Position numbers and translations under genes: made by a program
The notes under the pieces: model-generated
What the model was told of the DNA's origin: nothing
The model's database searches: none
Seen by the model: only the letters and a program-made list of their open reading frames with translations
Assembly (NCBI GenBank): GCA_963831295.1
Contig: CAWHPR010000002.1
Coordinates: 236,881 to 300,880, forward strand
From: an uncultured Thermoleophilia bacterium
GTDB lineage: Bacteria; Actinomycetota; Thermoleophilia; UBA2241
Direction of reading: 5' to 3'
Length of the DNA stretch: 64,000 bases
In this document: positions 57,191-64,000 of the stretch, one piece after another
Layout: the number at the start of each line of letters is the position of its first letter
Position numbering within the stretch: the stretch's first letter is position 1

Positions 57191-57877
57191 TCAGATGAGC
57201 GGGTCGGAAGGGCTCGTCTCGCCGCACCCCGGATCGCCGGGTCCGACGTCGGCGGGGGCTTCCGCATCGTCCACCTTGGCCGCCTGCTGCGCCTGGAACT
57301 GACGCACGTTGCGGCGGATGGTGGCAAGCTTCTGTCGCACCACGTCGGTCGCCGCGTCGTCGACGGCGCCCTCCTCCCCGCCGATGCGCTCAGACTCGCG
57401 CTGCATCTCGCGCAACACGTCCATCAACTGCTGATCGTCCATGACCGAGAGCTTGTCGAGGTCCCACTTCATCGCCTTGCTCGAGGTCTCGTGCACGGCG
57501 TCCAGCTTCGAGCGGACGACGGGGTTGAACACGGCGCCGGGATCGACCTGGGCGGTGATCTCGTCGACGTCGCGGATCATGTCCTCGATGCTGGCCCCGG
57601 CCTTCGGGATGATCTTGATCTGCCCGTCGTCGGTCTCCTCGACCCGGTCGATGGAGAGGTAGGCCTTGAGGAAGCCTTCCGTGAACGCCACCGGCACACT
57701 GACGGCGTACACGATGACCTGGAGGATCTCGGCCGCGAACTGCGTGAACGTGCCGGTGTGAAGGTAGCTGTCCTCGATGAGGCCCAGCAGCATCGACTTG
57801 AGGTAGGGGTCGGCGCGCATGTCGCGCGGCCGGCCTCCCGGCAATCCGTCACCCGACTGTGCGATCCGCTCGGCCAT
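57191..57877 (-). CDS. Hypothetical acidic protein, no family recognised
   Basis: 228 aa with protein-like composition (DPYLKSMLLGLIEDSYLHTGTFTQFAAEILQVIVYAVSVPVAF...) and a C-terminal coiled-coil-like acidic tail. It is the only long ORF here that is not Arg/Ala-rich. Confidence 0.65.
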   Translation of the reverse strand: MAERIAQSGDGLPGGRPRDMRADPYLKSMLLGLIEDSYLHTGTFTQFAAEILQVIVYAVSVPVAFTEGFLKAYLSIDRVEETDDGQIKIIPKAGASIEDMIRDVDEITAQVDPGAVFNPVVRSKLDAVHETSSKAMKWDLDKLSVMDDQQLMDVLREMQRESERIGGEEGAVDDAATDVVRQKLATIRRNVRQFQAQQAAKVDDAEAPADVGPGDPGCGETSPSDPLI

Positions 57878-57990
57878 CTTCCCCTATGTCGGCAGTGGCG
57901 CGGCCGTTCTTGACGACGGGGCGCCTGCGGGCGGCACGACGCCGCGGCATCCGCCGCCGTCCCGGCGCGGCCGTCGGCCAGCCGAGCCGC

Positions 57991-58764
57991 TCAGCGCCCC
58001 TTCGGCTCGGGCGGCCGCTTGGCCAGGAAGGCCTCCATGCACTCCGTCTGATCATCGCTCGCGAAGCACAGCGCGAACAGATCGCGCTCGATGCCCTGCC
58101 CCGTCTCGATGTCGACGTCGGCGGAGGCGTGGACCGCCGCCTTGCAGTAGCACATGGCCAGCGGGCTCTTCGCGGCGAGCTCACGGGCGAGGGCCGCGGC
58201 TTGGTCCGCGAGCTCCTCGCGCGGGACCACGACCTGGACCAGACCGATGCGCAGCGCCTCGTCGGCGCGTACGTGACGGCCGGTGAGCACCAGGTACTTG
58301 GCCCACCCCATGCCCACGGTGCGCGTGAGGCGCTGCGTGCCGCCGAAACCGGGGGTGATGCCGAGACCGACCTCCGGTTGACCGAACTTGGCGTTCGCGC
58401 CGGCGATGCGGATGTCGCAGGCGAGAGCCAGCTCGCAGCCGCCGCCGAGGGCGTAGCCGTTGACGGCGGCGATCCATGGCTGGGGGGCGGCCTCGATGGC
58501 GCTCATGATGGTCTGCCCGAGGAGCGACGAGCGCCGCGCCTCCTCCGCGGTCATGTCCTTCATCTCGGCGATGTCGGCGCCGGCGACGAAGGCCTTGTCG
58601 CCGGCCCCCGTGAGGACGACCGCTCTCACCGTCTCGTCGGACGAGAGTTCGCGAACGGCTGCGAGCAGCTGCTCTTTGGTCTTGCTGTCGAGAGCGTTCA
58701 GCGCCTCGGGACGGTCGATGGTGACCACCGTCACGGCGCCGTCGCGCCGGATGTTCACGGCCAT
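57991..58764 (-). CDS. Enoyl-CoA hydratase/isomerase (crotonase family)
   Basis: 257 aa. VTIDRPEALNALD, VLTGAGDKAFVAGADI, GYALGGGCELALACD. Confidence 0.92.
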   Translation of the reverse strand: MAVNIRRDGAVTVVTIDRPEALNALDSKTKEQLLAAVRELSSDETVRAVVLTGAGDKAFVAGADIAEMKDMTAEEARRSSLLGQTIMSAIEAAPQPWIAAVNGYALGGGCELALACDIRIAGANAKFGQPEVGLGITPGFGGTQRLTRTVGMGWAKYLVLTGRHVRADEALRIGLVQVVVPREELADQAAALARELAAKSPLAMCYCKAAVHASADVDIETGQGIERDLFALCFASDDQTECMEAFLAKRPPEPKGR

Positions 58765-58801
58765 TGGGACCTTCCTTGTGGGCTCGGATGGACGTCGCCC
58801 T

Positions 58802-58814
58802 CACTCTACCCCAC
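58802..58814 (-). promoter_or_regulatory. Candidate -10 region (GTGGGGTAGAGTG) for the crotonase gene
   Basis: The same 13-mer occurs at the mraZ promoter (55395-55407). TAGAGT (58808-58803) lies 38 nt upstream of ATG 58764. Confidence 0.3.
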
Positions 58815-58945
58815 GCGCCGCCATCGCGAGTACGGACCGCCTCACGCGCGGCCGCGGCGCAGGTGCCGCGATTGTCATCTTGCGCGAGAGGCGCGGCCCG
58901 TGCTTCTCTTGGCGGCGACGACCGAGCGAGCAAGGAGCACAGGCG

Positions 58946-59455
58946 ATGAACAGATCCACCCACGCCACGAGGTCCACCCCGAGAGCGGCGCGGCCAGAGC
59001 GCGCACTCCGAGGGGCGCTCCTGATCGCCGTGCTGGCCGCCGCCTGCGCCTTGGCCATCTCCGCCTGCGCGAGCGGCGACGAAGCGGCACCCGCGACCTC
59101 ATCCTCCCTCGAGGCGCAGTCAGAGACCGACGCCGCCCGCGAGGTCGTCGTCGCGTACCTCGACATGCTCGAGCGCGGCGAGTTCGGCGAGCTCGACAGG
59201 GTGGCGACCCCCCGCTACGCGGGCATCCACGCCGGCGGCGCCGACAAGCCGCTCGCGCGCGTGCGGCTCGTCGATCTGACCCTGCAGCCCGAGCCGGGCG
59301 GCGACCGCACGCAAGCCCAGATGACCGTCTACATCGACCCCGGTGCCGCGGCGGGCCCCTGGGGATCCGAGCCGGGCGAGCGCGAGCTCTTCGCGTACCT
59401 CGTTCGGTCGGCCGACGGCGGCTGGCTGATCGACGACTTCGGCACCGGTCCCTGA
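58946..59455 (+). CDS. Putative lipoprotein
   Basis: ATG 58946 after AAGGAG. Signal peptide with lipobox LAISAC. 169 aa. The upstream part of the track ORF (58460..) is crotonase antisense. Confidence 0.7.
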   Translation: MNRSTHATRSTPRAARPERALRGALLIAVLAAACALAISACASGDEAAPATSSSLEAQSETDAAREVVVAYLDMLERGEFGELDRVATPRYAGIHAGGADKPLARVRLVDLTLQPEPGGDRTQAQMTVYIDPGAAAGPWGSEPGERELFAYLVRSADGGWLIDDFGTGP

Positions 59456-59515
59456 GCACACGGGCACGACGAGAGCGACCCGCGAGGCGCCGAGGCGCGA
59501 GGGGCCACCGTCGCC

Positions 59516-61867
59516 CTAGCCGCGCAGCTTCCTGAGCGGCGCGACGCTCGCCATGAGGCGGCGCTCGGAGCCGTCGTTCTCGAAGCGCACGAGCACGATG
59601 CCGCCGCTCTCGACGGCCAGCACCGCTCCTTCGCCGAGCGTCGCGTGCAGGACCCGCTCCCCAGCCGCGAAGTACTGCCCGACGACCTCGCTGTCGAGGT
59701 CGGGGGCGGAGCGCTCCAGGCCGGTGATGCGGCGCCCTGAGCCGCCGGCGCCCTCGTCTTCGTGAGACCGGTGCGACCAACTGCTCCGGCGCTCGCCCCA
59801 ACCGCCGCGCTCGCCGGCGTCGGGCTCTCCGCGCCGGCCGTCCCGCGCGCCCCAGACGGCCGCTCCTCCGCCCACGACCCGCCGCTCGGCGAGGTGCGCC
59901 GGTATCTCGCTCAAGAAGCGAGACGGCAGGTTGTACTGCGCGCTGCCCCAGAGACTGCGGGCGCGCGCGTGCACGAGATACAGACGGTCCATTGCACGCG
60001 TGATGCCTACGTAGGCGAGACGCCGCTCCTCCTCGAGGTTCTGTTCGTCCAGCGAGCGCTGGTGAGGGAAGACGCCCTCCTCCATGCCCGTCACGAAGAC
60101 GGCGGGGAACTCGAGCCCCTTGGCGTTGTGCAGCGTCATGAGCGTGATCAGCTCGCCCGCCTCCGCGTAAGCGTCGACGTCGGCGTACAGCGAGATCTCC
60201 TGCAGGAAGCCGTCGAGAGCGGGCTCGGTGGCCCGGCGGTCGTACTCGGCCGCGACCCCGACGAACTCCTCGAGGTTCTCGAGACGGCCCTCGGCCTCGA
60301 GCGTGCGCTGCTCGCGGAGCAACTCCTCGTAGCCCGTCTCGTCGAGGACGCTGCGCACGACCTCGGCGACCGGGCGCCCGGCCACGCCCGCGTGCAGGCC
60401 GCGGACCAGAGCCACGAAGCCGTCGAGGGCCTTGACGGCGCCCGACGTCAGCCCGGGCACGTCGGCGGCCGCGTTCATCACGGCCCAGACGCTTTCGCCC
60501 AGGCTCGTCGCGTGGACCTGCAGGCGCTGAAGGGTCGTCGCCCCCAGCCCCCTGCGCGGCACGTTGACGACGCGCAGGAGGCGCTGCGTGTCGTCCGGGT
60601 TCACGAGCACGGTGAGATAGGCGAGCACATCCCTGATCTCGGCGCGCTCGTAGAACTTGGGCCCGCCGATGACCTGATAGCCGATCGCGTAGCGCCCGAA
60701 CTGCTCCTCGAGCACGCGCGACTGGGCGTTGGTGCGGTAGAGCACCGCGACCTCGCGCGGGGAGTACGCCCTCCCGTCCGTCTCGCCCTCGAGCAGCTTC
60801 TGCACCTCGCTGGCCACGTACTGCGCCTCGGCGCGCTCGTCGTTGACCTCGACGACCTGCACGAGCGCGCCCTCCCCGCGCGGCGTCCAGAGGCGCTTGC
60901 CCTTGCGCTTGCGGTTGTGGGTGACGACGGCGTTCGCCACGTCCAGGATCGGTTGCGTCGAGCGGTAGTTCTGCTCGAGGCGGATCACCTTGGCCTCGGG
61001 GTAGTCGCGCTCGAACTCGAGGATGTTGCGGATGTCGGCCCCGCGCCACGAGTAGATCGACTGGTCGTCGTCCCCGACCACCATGAGGTTGCTGTGCTTC
61101 TCGGCAAGGATGGAGGCGAGCCGGTACTGGGCGTGGTTCGTGTCCTGGTACTCGTCGATGAGGATGTAGCGGAAGGCCTGCTGGTAGTGATGCCGGCGCT
61201 CGGGGAAGCGCTCGAGCAGTCCGACCGTCTTCATGAGCAGGTCGTCGAAGTCCATCGCGTTCATGGCGGCGAGCTCGCGTTCGTAGCGTTCGTAGACAGC
61301 GGCAGTCGTCTGCGCGAAGAAGCCCGCCACCTTCTCGCCGTACGCGGCCGCGTCGAGCAGCTGGTTCTTGGCGTCGCTGATCTGGCGCGCGACGGCCTCC
61401 GGCGGCACACGCTTGGGGTCGATGTCGAGGTCGACGAGACAGCGCTTGAGCAGCCGGCGACGGTCGTCCTCGTCGTGGATCGAGAAGCTCGACCGGTAGC
61501 CGAGACGCGGTCCCTCGCTGCGCAGGATGCGGGCGCACATCGAATGAAAGGTGCTGACCCACATCGTGCGTGCGATGCCGCCGACCAGACCCGCGATGCG
61601 GTCCTTCATCTCGCCGGCGGCCTTGTTCGTGAAGGTGATCGCGACCACCTCGTCGGGCCGCGCTCCGTGGGCGGCGATCAGATAGGCGACCCGGCTCGTC
61701 AGGACACGCGTCTTGCCCGAGCCCGCGCCGGCCAGCACCAGCAGCGGCCCGTCGCCATGGCTGACGGCCGCCCGCTGCTGCTCGTTGAGGCCGTCGAGGA
61801 GCCGTTCGGCGTCGGGCGGGGCGGCTGCGCTGCCGTCCGCCGTCGGCCGCGACGCGGGAGCGGTCAC
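59516..61867 (-). CDS. pcrA: ATP-dependent DNA helicase PcrA/UvrD family
   Basis: 783 aa. VLAGAGSGKTRVLTSRVAYLI, DEYQDTN, VGDDDQSIYSWRGA, TLHNAKGLEFPAVF, and VGITRA. Confidence 0.93.
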   Translation of the reverse strand: MTAPASRPTADGSAAAPPDAERLLDGLNEQQRAAVSHGDGPLLVLAGAGSGKTRVLTSRVAYLIAAHGARPDEVVAITFTNKAAGEMKDRIAGLVGGIARTMWVSTFHSMCARILRSEGPRLGYRSSFSIHDEDDRRRLLKRCLVDLDIDPKRVPPEAVARQISDAKNQLLDAAAYGEKVAGFFAQTTAAVYERYERELAAMNAMDFDDLLMKTVGLLERFPERRHHYQQAFRYILIDEYQDTNHAQYRLASILAEKHSNLMVVGDDDQSIYSWRGADIRNILEFERDYPEAKVIRLEQNYRSTQPILDVANAVVTHNRKRKGKRLWTPRGEGALVQVVEVNDERAEAQYVASEVQKLLEGETDGRAYSPREVAVLYRTNAQSRVLEEQFGRYAIGYQVIGGPKFYERAEIRDVLAYLTVLVNPDDTQRLLRVVNVPRRGLGATTLQRLQVHATSLGESVWAVMNAAADVPGLTSGAVKALDGFVALVRGLHAGVAGRPVAEVVRSVLDETGYEELLREQRTLEAEGRLENLEEFVGVAAEYDRRATEPALDGFLQEISLYADVDAYAEAGELITLMTLHNAKGLEFPAVFVTGMEEGVFPHQRSLDEQNLEEERRLAYVGITRAMDRLYLVHARARSLWGSAQYNLPSRFLSEIPAHLAERRVVGGGAAVWGARDGRRGEPDAGERGGWGERRSSWSHRSHEDEGAGGSGRRITGLERSAPDLDSEVVGQYFAAGERVLHATLGEGAVLAVESGGIVLVRFENDGSERRLMASVAPLRKLRG

Positions 61868-62490
61868 CCGACTCCTTTCCCGAGCGCCAGACTGAGCACG
61901 AGAGCCAGGATCCCGCCGGCGACGAGACGAATCGCGTAGCCCCAGATGCGCCCCTTCGACACGCGGCCAAGGAACGCCCCCAGTAGAAACAGCTCGGCGA
62001 AGGCCACGGTGGCAGCGAGGTAGTAGGCCGTGTTGACCGACCAGAAAGCAGTCAGGAGGAAGGGCGTCGCGGCCACGATGCTGGCTATGAACGGCGCCCC
62101 GCCGGTGACCGCGCTGACCACGATCGAGGCGTAGCGGGAGGCCTCGCCGATCGCGGTGTCGGCGAGGCTGGTGAGCGTCGACCCCTCGAGCTCGCGCAGG
62201 GCGCGGCCGCGCTCGGCGCTCTCGACCATGTACGAGCCGTAGGCCCCCGACACGCCCATCGCCACCGCGGTCGTCACGACGAGTACGACGACGGCTCGCG
62301 CCTCGTCGACGCCGCCGAGGTAAGCGCCGACAAGCACCCCGAGCGTCGTGAGGACCCCGTCGAAGCCGTTCATGGCGAAGTAGCGCCGGGTGATGTCGCC
62401 GACCTCGGCGATCTCGTGGTAGTGGCGCAGCGTGCGGTAGCGCGCGCGCAGTCGCGCAGCGAGACTGGGGCTGGCCCCGTCGGCGGTCAT
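61864..62490 (-). CDS. VIT1/CCC1-family (vacuolar iron transporter homolog) membrane protein
   Basis: 208 aa. RRYFAMNGFDGVLTTLGVLVG followed by C-terminal TM helices. Its stop overlaps the pcrA GTG (GTGA). Confidence 0.75.
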   Translation of the reverse strand: MTADGASPSLAARLRARYRTLRHYHEIAEVGDITRRYFAMNGFDGVLTTLGVLVGAYLGGVDEARAVVVLVVTTAVAMGVSGAYGSYMVESAERGRALRELEGSTLTSLADTAIGEASRYASIVVSAVTGGAPFIASIVAATPFLLTAFWSVNTAYYLAATVAFAELFLLGAFLGRVSKGRIWGYAIRLVAGGILALVLSLALGKGVG

Positions 62491-62512
62491 CTACGCTGCG
62501 GTCGGCGCCCGC

Positions 62513-62821
62513 TCAGCGCAGCCAGCGAGCGCCGGCGTCCTGCGGTGTCTCGGCCTCTTCGATCAGCCGGCGCCCCGTCGAGACCTTGTCGATCGAGTGG
62601 ATGCTGCCGCCGGCGTCCTGCACGACCTCGGACACGTCCTGGAAGTCGATGTGCTCGCCTTCGAGTGTGATCTTGATGTTCTCGACCTTGTTGTCGATCT
62701 CGAACAGCGCGATGTCGACGCCATGCACGCCCTCGAGGTCACCGAGCTTGGTGGCCAGCGTGAGCATCGTCGGCTGGTGCGGCTTGAGGACATCGAGGAC
62801 GAGACGCCGTATCTGACTCAT
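62513..62821 (-). CDS. DUF211-family small protein
   Basis: MSQIRRLVLDVLKPHQPTMLTLATKLGDLEGVHGVDIALFEIDNKVENIKITLEGEHIDFQDVSEVVQDAGGSIHSIDKV is the characteristic DUF211 pattern, adjacent to a VIT-family gene. Confidence 0.75.
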   Translation of the reverse strand: MSQIRRLVLDVLKPHQPTMLTLATKLGDLEGVHGVDIALFEIDNKVENIKITLEGEHIDFQDVSEVVQDAGGSIHSIDKVSTGRRLIEEAETPQDAGARWLR

Positions 62822-62879
62822 GGTCTAGGCACGCTCCGTTCAGGGTCGATCCCGCCTGTCATCGTAGCACACCGGAGGA

Positions 62880-63119
62880 TCACTCCTTGGCGAGGTAGAC
62901 CTCGCCGTTGATCACCCGGACCTTGACGTCGAGGCCTGCCGAGCGAGCGGCGGCGCGCAGCGCCGCCGCCACGTTCGACGCCTTGGCGTCCGTCTCGTAG
63001 CGCGCGTAGCGCGCCCGCCCGCGCCGGAAGTCCTCGAGCACGCGCGCGTACTTGCCGCGGCGAGAACGCCGCGGCAGCTCGTCCACCGGCACCAGCCGGG
63101 CCTCACCCTTTGTCATCAC
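62880..63119 (-). CDS. Hypothetical small basic protein
   Basis: 79 aa: MMTKGEARLVPVDELPRRSRRGKYARVLEDFRRGRARYARYETDAKASNVAAALRAAARSAGLDVKVRVINGEVYLAKE. No family recognised. It fills the gap between cysE and DUF211 on the same strand. Confidence 0.5.
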   Translation of the reverse strand: MMTKGEARLVPVDELPRRSRRGKYARVLEDFRRGRARYARYETDAKASNVAAALRAAARSAGLDVKVRVINGEVYLAKE

Positions 63120-63125
63120 GCCTCC

Positions 63126-63944
63126 TCAGATCCCTGCACCCGCGTCGAAGTGCAGCAGGTCCCGCAACGCCTTCTCGGTCGCGGTTATCGCGTCCCGACG
63201 CGTCCCTTTGCGATCCGGGTGGATCTCGTCGAGTTCCTTCTCCATCTCGATGATGCGCGCCACGAGAGACTTGAACGCCTCAGCGACGGGATCGGGCAGG
63301 TGACGGTAGTCGATATCGGGGATACCGACGCGCTGACCCTCGAGCAGCACGGGGCGGCCGGGATTGCCGACGACCGTCGAGTTGCGCGGCACGTCCGTGA
63401 CGACCACGCTGCCCGCGCCGATCTTGGCGTTCTCGCCGATGGTCACCGAGCCGAGCACCTTGGCGCCCGCACCGACGACCACGTTGTTGCCGACGGTCGG
63501 GTGCCGTTTGCCGGTCTCCTTGCCGGTGCCGCCAAGCGTCACTCCCTGGTACAGGGTGACGCCGTCGCCGACCTCCGTCGTCTCGCCGATCACCACCCCC
63601 GCCCCGTGGTCGATGAAGAGCCCGCGGCCGATGCGCGCGCCCGGGTGGATCTCGATGCCGGTCATGAAGCGGTTGAGCTGCGAGACCCAGCGGGGGAAGA
63701 CCGGGACCCCCTCCCGCCAGAGCTTGTGGGCCAGCCGGTGCATCCAGAGCGCGTGCAGCCCGGAGTACGACGTGACGATCTCGAGTTTGCTGGTGGCCGC
63801 CGGGTCGCGCTCGCAGACGGCGGTCACGTCCCGGGAGACCTCCTCGAGCGCACGGCTCACGATGCGACAGCCATGCAGCCTTCTCCCGAGATACCAGCAA
63901 CCGGCGAAGCCCAGCGTCGCCAGGCCCATCAGTCTGCGCAGCAC
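63126..63944 (-). CDS. cysE: Serine O-acetyltransferase
   Basis: [33 protein letters not shown], plus hexapeptide repeats [44 protein letters not shown]. The start is uncertain. GTG 63944 has GAAGGAGG 8 nt upstream. Alternatives are 63980 (track), 63929 and 63860. Confidence 0.88.
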   Translation of the reverse strand: MLRRLMGLATLGFAGCWYLGRRLHGCRIVSRALEEVSRDVTAVCERDPAATSKLEIVTSYSGLHALWMHRLAHKLWREGVPVFPRWVSQLNRFMTGIEIHPGARIGRGLFIDHGAGVVIGETTEVGDGVTLYQGVTLGGTGKETGKRHPTVGNNVVVGAGAKVLGSVTIGENAKIGAGSVVVTDVPRNSTVVGNPGRPVLLEGQRVGIPDIDYRHLPDPVAEAFKSLVARIIEMEKELDEIHPDRKGTRRDAITATEKALRDLLHFDAGAGI

Positions 63945-64000
63945 GACCGTCACCTCCTTCGCTCGCGGCGGCGGCGCCACCGACGGTCCGCCGCCGCTCC

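Noticed and set aside
58875-61970. Very long antisense or off-frame ORFs: 58875..61970 (1031 aa), 59762..61939, 15809..18205 (798 aa), 6282..7997, 541..1932, 29273..30388 and many others
   Set aside because: They mirror recognisable genes on the other strand or frame. They are extremely Arg/Ala/Pro/Gly-rich with no recognisable motifs, which is typical of stop-codon paucity in high-GC DNA.

Overview
Very GC-rich bacterial chromosome segment (by eye about 70% G+C; not computed). It is almost entirely coding and most genes lie on the minus strand.

Content, left to right:
1. 0-8 kb, cell-envelope neighbourhood: a Dlt-like carrier-protein acylation module (carrier protein, an unlisted 59-codon DltX-like micro-ORF, an adenylating ligase, and a coupled secreted protein cut by the window edge), an Fe-S flavoprotein, tRNA-Leu(CAA), an Rpf-like secreted transglycosylase, an LPG-synthase-TM-type membrane protein and a GT39 glycosyltransferase.
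2. 7.9-28.8 kb, housekeeping block colinear with the Bacillus comE-holA-rpsT-lepA-hemW-hrcA-dnaJ-mtaB-yqeY-phoH-ybeY-dgkA-cdd-era region, with hisI and deoC at its left edge.
3. 29-37 kb: leuS, two tandem metallophosphoesterases, tRNA-Ala(GGC), a membrane spermidine-synthase-like protein, and a STAS / zinc-ribbon / STAS trio.
4. 37-55 kb: secDF and a complete dcw cluster, mraZ-rsmH-ftsL-ftsI-murE-murF-mraY-murD-ftsW-murG-murC-ftsQ-ftsZ, without ftsA, ddl or murB.
5. 55-64 kb: LysM protein, pyrF, an uncharacterised acidic protein, a crotonase, a lipoprotein, pcrA, a VIT-DUF211 pair, and cysE.

I found no rRNA, CRISPR array, transposase or integrase.

Main observations:
- A DltX-like micro-ORF ending in FRYVGF sits inside a Dlt-like module in a high-GC genome.
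- At least 13 single-nucleotide frame disruptions occur in conserved, mostly essential genes (yqeY, mtaB, dnaJ, hemW at four or more sites, lepA, murJ/lepA junction, comEC as a compensated pair, leuS, murG). These create chimeric ORFs such as the 1486-aa ORF in the track. They are either assembly indels or real decay, and hemW is the best candidate for real decay.
- GTGGG-type direct repeats phased at 10 nt overlap a promoter directly abutting the mraZ start codon.
- Several long, perfect GC hairpins occur in intergenic spacers.

All functional calls rest on motif and family recognition by eye from the ORF translations. No searches were run.
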